This document shows, piece by piece, positions 13,479-24,805 of a stretch of 64,000 bases of DNA. The translations under genes and the position numbers were made by a program. Positions within the stretch are counted from its first letter, which is position 1. Every line of letters starts with the position of its first letter. Below the pieces are notes generated by a model that saw only the letters and a list, made by a program, of their open reading frames with translations, had not been told where the DNA came from and ran no database searches. The stretch is taken from NCBI GenBank assembly GCA_951406725.2, contig OX597814.1:127472001-127536000 (forward strand), read 5' to 3'. Origin of the DNA: Octopus vulgaris. Its lineage: Eukaryota.

Positions 13479-14251
13479 TTATATATACACACACACAAAC
13501 ACACACACATGCACACATACATGAACACACATGTATTTAAATATATATGTGCATACACCCTATTTTCTATAATTTGATCAATATTTGCAATTCTAGGAAA
13601 TAGAAATAGAAATAGCAGTTTTTGTTTCCCTAAGTAGGAAATACCAATTGTCTAATTTTAGTAGTAAGTTAAACTAAGGGGAAAAAATGTTGTGCTGAGT
13701 TGAAATAAAATTAGAGCAAAAGAAATTCTCAATTTCGTTGAAAGAATGGAGTTTTCCCTTGAAGACATTTCATTCACAAAGTATTAACAAAGTGCGATAA
13801 GATTTTGTGAAATTAGTATATTTATCCAAATGAATAGTAGACGAAAGGAATGTGGTGAAAATTCTGTAGATAAAAAGTGAAGAAGGAAGAAGAGAAGTTG
13901 GTATAAAAAGACAGTTTTGATATGGTAGAGTGTATTAAACAAGTTTAAATAAAACAGGAAGACAGTTTGATAAGGAAGCAAATAAGGTCAGGAAGACTTT
14001 GAGTCCATTGTAAAGACTAACTGTTTTTTATATATATATTTATGTATATTACTTGTTTTTATGTTCCTATGTATATATTTGTTTTTGTATACATTTGCTT
14101 CTATATATGTGCATATGTGTATTGCTACGTTTGTGCTTCAATGTATATGTATGGATATGTGTTATATTTCCTTGCATCTGACTGTGTGTTTATGTGAAAA
14201 ACAAGTATTGTGTCAGGTTGTTATATACATATCATCATCATCATCACATAT

Positions 14252-14283
<32 letters not shown>

Positions 14284-14309
14284 TCACCACCACCACCACC
14301 ACCACCACC

Positions 14310-14343
<34 letters not shown>

Positions 14344-14349
14344 TCTAGT

Positions 14350-14800
14350 CATGTCTGACTGGCACCCATGTTGGGCAATATGCTGTGCTTGTGAAAACCT
14401 ATTGAACTGAGTGAAATTGTAGTCATGGCCGATGCCAGTGCTGTCTGACTGGCATCTGTGCCGGTGGCATGTAAAAAACACCATTCAAGCATTAGGCCTC
14501 ATGGAAGAAGTGACAGGTGACCAAGACCCTTGGCAATACACTGTGCTTGTGTTGACCTGTCAATCCAAGTGAGACCATAGTCATGGTTGATGCTGGTGTC
14601 AAGTCAATGGCACCCATACCAGTGTCACATAACAAACACCCACTGCATTCTCAGAGTAGTTGATGTTACGAAGGGCATCCAGCCAAGAAACTTTAAAAAG
14701 TCAGATTGGAACCTGGTGCAGCCCCCAGCTTACCAATTTTAAGCCAAACCGTGCAACCCATGCCAGCATGGAAAGCAGACAGTAAATGATGATGAAGATG
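14350..14800 (+). mobile_element. Diverged RTE 3'UTR stub
   Basis: Subrepeats and AACCCATGCCAGCATGGAAAG tail. Confidence 0.75.
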
Positions 14801-14934
14801 ACGAAAGCTCACCACTTTATGGATGTGAAACCACTTGTCACTCTATGACCAGACATATATTTTTAACAGCATGTAAATACATTATTGCTCTATCCTTTAG
14901 GGTGTGTTTCTTTCTTGGAAATATGATCCACTGA

Positions 14935-14994
<60 letters not shown>

Positions 14995-15180
14995 TTTACG
15001 AAAAAAAACAAAAGACGAAGACAGGTGGTGTACAAAACAAAAAGATATATTAGTATAACGCTCAGGAATAGAAAAAGTCTTTTACGTTTCGAGCCTACGC
15101 TCTTCTACAGAAAGGGACACAGAAAAAACAAGGAGAGAAACAAGGAGAGAAAAAAAGGAGAGAAAAAAAGGAGAGAAAAA
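14995..15180 (-). mobile_element. Short element with hammerhead-like motif (family H4)
   Basis: Between (TA)n(GA)n and (TA)n; shares the motif and TTCCTGAGCGT with 59224-59449. Confidence 0.6.
15079..15114 (-). ncRNA. Minimal hammerhead-like motif, variant core
   Basis: CTTT-CTGTAGA-A-GAGC GTAG GCTC-GAAAC-GTA-AAAG; loopless palindromic ACGT stem III; A6->U deviation. Confidence 0.55.
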
Positions 15181-15197
15181 TATATATATATATATAT

Positions 15198-15722
15198 GGA
15201 CAATGAACTTTGCTTGCAAAGGCCTATTGAGGCAAGTGTAAACAAATCAAAATTGCTGATGTGGCCGATAACAGTACAACCTGATTGGTACTCGTGTTAG
15301 GGGAACGTTAAAAGCACATCTGAGCATGATCATTGCCAGTGCCACAGATTGCCTCCTGTGCCGGTGATACATGTAAAGCACCATTCAATCTTGATCGTTG
15401 CCAGCATTGCCTTACTGGGACATGTGAAAAACAACATTCAAGCATGGTCATTGCCAGTGTCGCCGGACTTGCTCCCATGCAGGTAGCATGTAAAAGCATC
15501 TTTTGAGCATGGTCGTTGACAGAACCGCCTGACTGGCCCTTGTGCCGGTGGCATGTAAAAGCACCCACTACTCTCTTGGAGTGGTTGACGGCATCCAGCA
15601 GTAGAAACTGCTAAATCAGATTGAAGCTGGTGCAGCCTCTGGCTCACCGGTCCTCAGTCAAAGCATCCAACCCATCCCTGCATGGAAAGCAGACGTCAAA
15701 TGATGATGATGATGATGACGAT
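15198..15722 (+). mobile_element. RTE LINE 3'UTR stub
   Basis: Subrepeats, conserved tail, (GAT)n. Confidence 0.85.
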
Positions 15723-15853
15723 ACATATGAAATAACTGAGATTCAGTTGAATTAGGTACTTAAGTTGAAGCACCAAGTCAGTATGGTATTATCTGTACAG
15801 CTCAAAGTAAGGTGAATAAAATCAAAATAAGCAATATCCTGTTGCTTATTTTG

Positions 15854-15892
<39 letters not shown>

Positions 15893-15896
<4 letters not shown>

Positions 15897-16899
15897 ATGG
15901 GCCGTGACTGCTGAGGACATGCGTAAGCTCGTGAGGAACGAAGCCAGTATGCTCCGATGGATGTGTAATGTCAGTGTACTTACTCGACAGAGCGTTAGTA
16001 CCTTGAGAGAAATGTTGTACCTAAGAAGCATCAGTTGTTGTGTGCAAGAGAGACGATTGCGCTGGTATGGTCATGTGGCGAGAATGGATGAAGATAGGTG
16101 TGTGAGAAAGTGCCAATCCCTAGCAGTTGAGGGAACCCGTGGAAGAGGTAGACCCAGGAAAACCTGGGACGAGGTGGTGAAGCACGACCTTCGGACGTTA
16201 GGTCTCACCATGGAAATGACTAGAGACCGAGACCTATGGAAGTATGCTGTGCGTGAGAAGACCCGGCAAGACTAGTGAAGCCATAATCCGTGGCCCCTAC
16301 CTGGGACGTAGTCAGTCCACCTGTGCATACCTTCCTTCTTGTGACACTTGTGAAGACCTGTTGAGGCAAGTGAGAATCGAATCGTATCAAATCAAATCGA
16401 ACCAAATCAAAATAGATGAACATCAATGGAATTTGTATCCTTGTGGTACCAGTGCCGGTGGCACATAAGAAAACCATCCGAACGTGACCGTAGCCAGTAC
16501 CGCAATGACTGGCCTCCGTGCTGAGGGCACGTAACAAACACCATCCGAGCGTGGCCGTCCGCCAGCCTCGTCTGGCACCTGTGTCGGTGACACATAAGAA
16601 AACACCATCCGAGCGTGGCCGTCTGCCAGCCTCGTCTGGCACCTGTGTCGGTGGCACATAAAAAACACCATCCGAGCGTGGCCGTCTGCCAGCCTCGTCT
16701 GGCACCTGTGTCGGTGGCACATAAAATCACCCACTACACTCTCGGAGTGGTTGGCGTTAGGAAGGGCATCCAGCTGTAGAAACACTGCCAGATCTGACTG
16801 GCCTGGTGCAGCCTTCGGGCTTCCCAGACCCCTGTTGAACCGTCCAACCCATGCTAGCATGGAAAGCGGACGTTAAACGATGATGATGATGATGATGAT
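15893..16899 (+). mobile_element. 5'-truncated RTE LINE (ORF C-terminus + 3'UTR)
   Basis: RRLRWYGHVARM...RGRGRPRKTW; near-identical to 52970-53991; (GAT)n tail; begins directly after (TA)n. Confidence 0.95.
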
Positions 16900-17378
16900 A
16901 TATGTATGTATGTATGTATGTATGTTTATACACACATACACACACACACACACATATATGCATATATACGTATTTCTATGTGTATATCTATGCATGTGTG
17001 TCTTTGTGTTTGCTCTTCACCACCACCCTGACAACAGATGCTGCTCTGTTTACATTCCTGTAACATAGTGGTTTAGCAAAAGAGACCCACAGGATATATC
17101 AGTACCAGGTTTTAAAATATTATAAATACTAGTGTTGTTTTGTTTGACTAAATATTTTCAAGGTTCTAGCATGGCCACACTCATCATTATCATTTTAGTG
17201 TCTAGTTTTCCATGCTTACAGACAGAGTTTATAGAGGCAGACTTTCTATGGGCTGAAGCATTTTCTGTTGCCAACACTCTTTTTTATCAGTAAGGTTATA
17301 TTTTCCAATGCTCAGACATGTTTTTGTAGAATATATTGAAAATTAATCACACACACATTCACAAACACACACACAGAT

Positions 17379-17459
<81 letters not shown>

Positions 17460-17489
17460 CTGGCTGGATGAATGGATGTAGGATATAAA

Positions 17490-18373
17490 TACAGGCTGTG
17501 GTGAATAAATTGTCATCTAGACTGCGCAAAAATGAAAATAACACTGACATCTCATTTTAATAGATATATTTACCAAAATTACATAAAATTATCTTGAAAT
17601 AAAAAAGAGTAGATTTATTCAATAAAATCGCCATTGGCTTTAACCACAGCCTCTAGATAACTTTGGAATCTTCTGCAACTCTTCTGGACAGTCTCCTTGT
17701 TTAATTTAGTGAATGCTGCCATAATCCTTGTCTTCAGTTCTTCTTTGGTGTTACAAGGAGTTTTGTTGGTCTCTTACTGAACAGCGCCCCATATATAATA
17801 ATCAAAGGGGTTGCAGTGTGGGGAGTTAGGTGGCCAGGTGTTAGGGGTGATGTAGTCACAGAAATTATCTGACAGCCATGTCTGGATTTTCTTGCTTGTG
17901 TAGCATGGTGCGGAGTGCTGTTGCCAGACATAGGGTCTTCCAGCAGCCACCCTCATAACCCAAGACAGCACTACCTCTTCCAGACACTTGATGTAGGCCT
18001 CCGTGTTGAGTCTGAGGCAGTGAGGACCGATAAATGGAAGCATAATGTCAGCATCACTAGTGATCACTTGACTGGATGCTTGATTTTTATCGCTCTTGGT
18101 ACATGTCCTTAGATTGCACTGACCTCAGGTTGACACCCAAATACTCCGAAGTGTTCATATTGGAGCTTCCGGTGTGAATGCCAAGCAGTAAAGCATATCG
18201 TTTCCAAATTTCTGGCAGAGTGAATTGTGTCATGGTGCTGTTTTCTTCACAGATGGTACCCACCTGACCCTACCATACTGTGTAGTCAACAAAATCAAAA
18301 ACAAACAAGGCACATGCATGAAATTGAAAATATAAAATAGCACCAATTTACCCATCACCCATCCCACCCTGTA
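17490..18373 (-). mobile_element. Internally deleted DD37D (maT-like) Tc1/mariner transposon
   Basis: TACAGG...TAAATTG inverted termini with TA; ORF 17774-18067 QQ(H)SAPC...WPPNSP(H)CNPFDY with 37 residues between the 2nd and 3rd catalytic positions. Confidence 0.85.
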
Positions 18374-18385
18374 TGTATATATGCA

Positions 18386-18419
<34 letters not shown>

Positions 18420-18512
18420 AAATATTATTAGAGACAAAACCACTATTTTGCAAAACAAACAAGGAAAGACTTAATCAATACATAAAATTTTAATAAATAG
18501 TCAAAAAAACCG

Positions 18513-18555
18513 CCACTACAATCGTTTCTTGTCTTGATTGACAATCTTCAGGTGG
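18513..18555 (-). ncRNA. Mirror copy of the hammerhead motif
   Basis: Same as 18600-18642; the single arm mismatch falls in loop II (AATCAA vs GATCAA). Confidence 0.75.
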
Positions 18556-18599
18556 ACTTCAATAAGTCAGTTTCAAATTTGAAACTGACTTATTGAAGT

Positions 18600-18642
18600 C
18601 CACCTGAAGATTGTCGATCAAGACAAGAAACGATTGTAGTGG
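18600..18642 (+). ncRNA. Minimal type I hammerhead ribozyme motif
   Basis: CCAC-CTGAAGA-TTGTC GATCAA GACAA-GAAAC-GATT-GTA-GTGG. Confidence 0.75.
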
Positions 18643-18821
18643 CGGTTTTTTTGACTATTTATTAAAATTTTATGTATTGATTAAGTCTTTCCTTGTTTGT
18701 TTTGCAAAATAGTGGTTTTGTCTCTAATAATATTTTATAATATTTTACTATAAAATTGGATTTAATCCTAAATCTGATTTTTTTCCCTGTAAATTTGGAT
18801 TTATTCCCTAATATTTATTAT

Positions 18822-18861
<40 letters not shown>

Positions 18862-18866
<5 letters not shown>

Positions 18867-19208
18867 ATTAAAGATAAAACCACTATTATGCAATTCAAAC
18901 AATGATAGACATAAACCAAAACATAAATAACAAAGAAAATATATTTTTATAAAACATATAACTAGATCACAAAAAATATAAAAAGGAATAATCAATATGT
19001 AATAAGTAAAAAAAACTACGTAATTTGAATTTAATTATAGCCATGAAATGTACGTAGTTTTTTTACTTATTATATATTGATTATTCATTTTTATACTTTT
19101 TGTAATCTAGTTATATGTTTTATAACAATATATATTTTATTTTTTATTTATGATTTGGTTTATGTCTATCATTGTTTGAATTGCATAATAGTGGTTTTAT
19201 CTCTAGTT

Positions 19209-19251
<43 letters not shown>

Positions 19252-19315
19252 GAAATTTGATTTAATACTAAACTGAATTTTTCCTTGTAAGTTTGGAGTT
19301 ATGCTCCCTAATATC

Positions 19316-19320
<5 letters not shown>
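18862..19320 (+). mobile_element. Inverted pair of an H2-related element (arms 18862-19022 / 19051-19212)
   Basis: Imperfect ~160-bp inverted repeat, 28-bp spacer ending GAAATGTACGTA (3' half of an HHR); 3' tail resembles 18750-18815 and 42610-42675. Confidence 0.75.
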
Positions 19321-19346
<26 letters not shown>

Positions 19347-20085
19347 GAGTTGCAAAATTACTTATTCAACAAAGTACATTTAGAAAATTAATTGTAAAGC
19401 AATTACTTATGAGAGTGCTCAATAAAATTAATGTTATACAGCTATGTACATATAGCAGTCAAACTATGAAAATAGTTTGTAGCAGAAATAAATCAAAACA
19501 AACATGAATACCACCAGGGTCAGGAAACCATGTTTCTGCAATGAAGCTGCCCCTGTAAACAGTCCAACAAGTCATGTTATCAGCCAGAACAGAATTTATT
19601 TATAGCTCTAAAACATTAATTTATGAATTAGCTTCATAGTAACTGCTTCAGAACTCATTTTCTTCGTGTATTTTGATAAATGACTATATTTGTGACTCCA
19701 AAGATATTGTGCTTGTTATATCTGTTTATTTACTCTTGAGGGTTAACTACCACAAAATATTGGTAAGGCTTATCTATGAAGTTTCTCTAAAACATTTAAA
19801 TCTCCTGACTTGACTGCTGCTAGTATATTTATTATGAATACACACACATTTCTTGTTATTCAATTCAAGCTAACACAACTAATTGAACTGTTTATAGAGT
19901 CAAAAGAGGATACATGGTTTTGTACCCCAGTCATATGTATATATAGTTTGGTGTGTTTATGTTTCCAGCTGGGTTTTTTTTGGTTGGTTAAACCACACAC
20001 ACACACATACACAGAGTCACTCATATGCACTTAAACACATGGACAAACATACTCTCAATGTGTTGTGATTGCATATGATAGATGG

Positions 20086-20490
20086 TATATATATATATAA
20101 AGCTGAAGTTGTCTGTGCGTGGCAGGTTTGGTAGCCTTCAACTAACACTATCTCCTCTGAGACCCTGCGGTGCAAGTTGACCAAAATTGAGAGTTTGATA
20201 GAAGAAGGCTTGCTCTTCATTCCGTAGATGATAAAATTCAAATCAGATCATGTTAAGACCAAAAATTATTTACATAAAAAAGATGTATAAAAAAAGGTGT
20301 GTTTACATCAAAAAGGTGTTAAAAAATCCCCATTTTTTACTACTGTGTCTCCATTTTTTGGTGTATTTCAACCAAAAAAAGGTTCACTTAAAGAGAATAA
20401 CAAGCTACATAATGCAAAAGTTTTACTTTTCAAAAATTCCAATTCCAAATGGTCAAAACAAACCCGAGCAACGCCGGGCGATACTGCTAG
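20086..20490 (+). mobile_element. Non-autonomous Helitron
   Basis: 5' TATATATAAAGCTGAAG; 3' GC hairpin CCCGAGCAACGCCGGG 8 nt before CTAG|T. Confidence 0.8.
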
Positions 20491-21093
20491 TAAATGTATA
20501 TATATAAAATAATCATCATCATTTTGATCAATTAACATCTGTTTTCCACACTGGCATGGGTTTGATGGTTTGACAGGATCACTCTGCTGCATTGGGTGCC
20601 CATGTTTGCTTTCATATAGTTTCTACAGTTAGATGCCCTTCCTAACACCAACCACTTTATAGTGTATACCAGGTGCTTTTTTTCATGACACCAGCACTAG
20701 TGAGGTTACTGAATAACTTGCAAGACAGTGAAAAAAATAATAATAAAGGAAAAAGCCCCCTAGAATGGTTGGGAGTGTATCGAGAGAGGGGGAGGTGACT
20801 CTATTCTATGACAGAGGGACTAGTACATATGTCTTGCTATAGAAGAGATACACAGCTACTTTGCATTATAAAAGGGTGGGTGGTAGAGGAGGAAGGATTA
20901 CAAATATGGTGTAGTAAGATAGGGGCTGTGCATGTGTTTTAGTGTGTGTGTTTGTGTCTGTGCAAATGTTTACATTCTGCATTTTCAAAGATGAGTAGGA
21001 TGAAGACTCTCTTATGAGAAAAATAGGTAAGGGTTAGCAATAGAAAGGACATCTGGTTGTAAAGCAATGCCTCAATATGTATACCATGCAAGG

Positions 21094-21303
21094 TGGTGAG
21101 CTGACAGAAATGTTAGCACGCCAGGCAAAATGCTTAGCGGTATTTCATCTGCCACTACGTTCTGAGTTCAAATTCCTCCAAGGTCGATTTTGCCTTTCAT
21201 CCTTTCGGGGTCGATTAATCAAGTACCTGTTGTGTAATGGGGTTGATCTAATTGACTGGCCCTCTCCCCCAAAATTTCAGGCCTTGTACCTAGATTAGAA
21301 AAG
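21094..21303 (+). mobile_element. tRNA-derived SINE family B (Meta/MESC-like central domain) with TSD
   Basis: GAGTTCAAATTCC B box; GTCGATTTTGCCTTTCATCCTTTCGGGGTCGAT domain; 20-bp TSD AATATGTATWCCATGCAAGG at 21074-21093 and 21304-21323. Confidence 0.85.
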
Positions 21304-21372
21304 AATATGTATTCCATGCAAGGATGGAAAGTGGACATAAAACAGATATGACTGAACAAATGAACAAAACAT

Positions 21373-21515
21373 AAATATTACTATATTTTCATAAGTTAAA
21401 GTTTCATGTTAAACAGAGCATTCATCAGACAAATGTGAAAATTTTCTTTCAAAGCCATCCATCTGAAGAACACTCCATTTAGCATGAAACTTTAACTTGT
21501 GCAAAAGTAATATTT
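21373..21515. repeat. Inverted repeat whose arms each begin with CTGANGA-stem-GAAAC
   Basis: Arms 21373-21430 and 21461-21515; minus CTGATGA ATGCT..AACAT GAAAC, plus CTGAAGA ACACT..AGCAT GAAAC. Confidence 0.65.
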
Positions 21516-21534
21516 ATCTCCTAAACAAAAACTG

Positions 21535-21760
21535 CGACCTGTTCACTGACAAAATTCCGTGCTGCATTTTGTCAGTGAACTGGTCATGATCTTAAAGCAA
21601 CGAAAATATTTTGACAAATTAAATTTATATGTTGAAGTGAATCTAACTGTTTTTGTGTGTTTCTTAAATGGCTTATAAACACCTTTCACACTGCAATTGT
21701 TTTTGTTCCAGTACACGATCTCAGATCAGGTCACTTGCTATGCAAGTACATCTCCGTAAT
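21535..21760 (+). mobile_element. Short element with 5' fold-back hairpin; second copy at 45495-45682 (-)
   Basis: GACCTGTTCACTGACAAAAT/ATTTTGTCAGTGAACTGGTC hairpin; ~190 bp shared with 45495-45682. Confidence 0.75.
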
Positions 21761-22132
21761 ATTTAATAGTAAAATTTCTACCAACTTTACCTTTTTTTGT
21801 TCAAATGCCCTCAAGATCAGCTTTATCTTTCATCCTCTTGGAACCGATAAATTAAGTACCAGTTGAACACTGAGTTGATGTAATTAACTTACTCCTGCCC
21901 TGAAATTTTTGCCTTTGAACCAAAATTTGAAACCAATATTTAGTATACATGATAGTGCGTGCAACCTGCCAAAACTTTATGGATCATAACCATGTCTAAG
22001 CATAAAGAGACATATGCCATCAAAAGTGAGAGCTTCTTTACTTATATCATTTATAAGAATGATTTAATGATAGAAAAATATAATTAAAAGTTATGACATT
22101 TTTACAAAAATGTTACAATATTATTTACAAAT

Positions 22133-22527
22133 GTGGTTAAGCAGCTCACTTTGCAGCCACGTGGTTTTAGGTTCAGTCTTACAGCATCACACTTTGGGCA
22201 AGTGTCTCCTGCTAAAACTATAACCTTGAGCTAACCTATGTCTTGTGAGAGAGTTTGGTAGATGGAAACTATGTGGAAGCCCATCATATGTATATAATAC
22301 CGTGTGTCTCTTAGTGCTTCTTTGCCTCTCCACCTCCATTGTTTGATGACCAGTATTGGTTGGTTTACATCCCCATTACTGAGCAGTTTGGTGGAAAGAC
22401 TGATGAAATAAAGACCAGGCTTTAAAAATAAGTTGATGGTAGCAGGGTCAGTTTGATTTGTTTAAAACCCTTCGAAGTGTTGCTCCAGAATGGCCACAGT
22501 CCAATGACCGAAACAAGTGAAAGATAC
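22133..22527 (+). mobile_element. Older CORE-like SINE family A relative
   Basis: GGTTCAGTC, TTGGGCAAGTGTC, TGGCCACAGTCCAATGACCGAAACAAG. Confidence 0.75.
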
Positions 22528-24030
22528 AAAAAATTTGTATGAAATTGTCATTATTCCAAAAGTTCCATGAAAATTTTCTAGTTTTCTATCTTTACCAGTA
22601 TGTTAAGTTTATTTCTGTTTCTTTGTCTTACTTAAAACAACATAAAACTAACCTTTTACTCCAACCTACACCCTTTTTAATTCTCACGCTATCACTCATC
22701 ACTTACTCTTTTTGTTTGCCATCCCAGGTTGTGTGATAAAAGAACTCATCCTTCCACTCACTTTGATATACTTCTGTTATCAATCTCTGAATCTCTATTT
22801 GCTGTTTGACAGCCTCCTACCTCCACACTAACATATTTGCATGACTGCAAATAAATATACATTGCTAATTATTATATGTGGATACACACACACACACACA
22901 TGCACATGCACATGCACACACACACACACACACACTAACCTTCCCCACCTCTACATGCATACACATGTATGTGTGTTTAATACATACATATGTGTGTGTG
23001 TGTGTGCACACGCATGTTATATTAGCTAAGATTCTTAATATAAACAGTATGAAATATGCATTTGATTTGTAAACAATCTGAGAGAGAGTGAGTGCGTATG
23101 TGTGAGAGAGGGAGAGAAAGAAAGAGAGAGAAAAATAACAATGAGTCTATGGATGTGAATCAAATTACACATTATACATTTACCAGATAAATGTGCTACT
23201 CTGCACAACAGTGAACCCACATCTAAATATGTTTTACATTAACAGGTTTAGCTATAATTCAGTAACATATCAATAACTTATAACTTGAATAAAGATGAAA
23301 TATCTTATAATGAAAGACATCCATAGAAATAACCTTATTTTGCAGAGTTAAGTCCCAGAGCAAATTTTGAAGTTGTGAAACTTTTGTTGCCAAGACAAGA
23401 ACTAGAGGTTATATATTTGTAACTTAGTTCGAGAAAGGTGGACTAAAGAAGGACTGAAGGAAGTCTAAAGGAGGGAAGAAGAAGGGCTAAAGAAGGGCTG
23501 AAAAATCTTGAAAGGTATAAATGATAGGAATGATGAATTGTTTTTCTGTTAAGCTTGAGATCTGTGATATTAGTCCTGATATATTACATACAGAATTGTT
23601 TACAAAATGTATAACAAAATCATTATCCTCATTGTTATGGTCATCATCACCATCATCATTGTCCTCATCACATCTGCTATCACCATTGAAGTATGGAACA
23701 GGCGATGGAAACTTTGCTTGACTGAGAGGGCAAGGGTCCTAAAGATTTTGCTTGACCTGGCAGTGTGGGCTTCTTAAACCCCAAAAGGGAAATGTTTAGA
23801 TAGTACCCTCATAAGAAGAAATTCATGTTGGAGACATGGGATTTTTCACAGGCTGACTAGCAAATGGAAACTGCATATAGTGACCATTTTCAGACACAAT
23901 TCGAGCCAGCCAAAGAAATATAACTCCATTGAGCCCAGAGGGAATGTTGCTTTGTAGAACTTTGTTTCAGGTTTTTTTTTCACAACCCCGATTTACCAAG
24001 ATTGTATTCTTATCTCCAATAGCAGAGAGG

Positions 24031-24318
<288 letters not shown>

Positions 24319-24771
24319 ATGTATATGCACATGCATATATATGTACATGCAAATATATGTACATATTTAAAAATTTTTAATCAGCAGAGTAAGTAAAAAC
24401 TGAGAGTTCCAGCAAATTTGACTTCAAATCTGAGTGCATTTCTAATGTAGAGCAAATTATTCTTTTGGAAGATCTTTGAGAACTGGGAATTTCCAGATAG
24501 TCAGCCCATTAAAGGAGGTGCAGTCAAGAGAAGAGACAGAATGGGGTTACAAAATAAAATAAAATATAATAAAAAAACACAAGTATATATTTATGTACTG
24601 AATTATATTTCCCCTGTCTTTCTGTCTGTCTGTCTGTCTGCCTGCTTGCCTGTCTGCCTGCCTTCCAGCCTGCCTGTTTGTTTGTCTGTCTGTCTATCTG
24701 CCTAACTGTCTATCTATACATATATATGTATGTACATATATGTGTTCATGCATATGTATATATATATATAT

Positions 24772-24803
<32 letters not shown>

Positions 24804-24805
<2 letters not shown>

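Larger units (their letters stand above)
18416..18739. repeat. ~324-bp spacerless palindrome (head-to-head copies of HHR element H2)
   Basis: Axis at 18577/18578 (CAGTTTCAAA|TTTGAAACTG); ~162-bp arms with one mismatch seen; right arm continues to ~18828. Confidence 0.95.

Noticed and set aside
16445-16730. Repeat-spacer-like array resembling CRISPR
   Set aside because: Units are whole tandem duplicates within a eukaryotic LINE 3'UTR; no unique spacers and no cas genes
24740-24803. N-terminal extension of the 292-aa ORF
   Set aside because: Read-through from (TA)n into a 5'-truncated RT; not a real start
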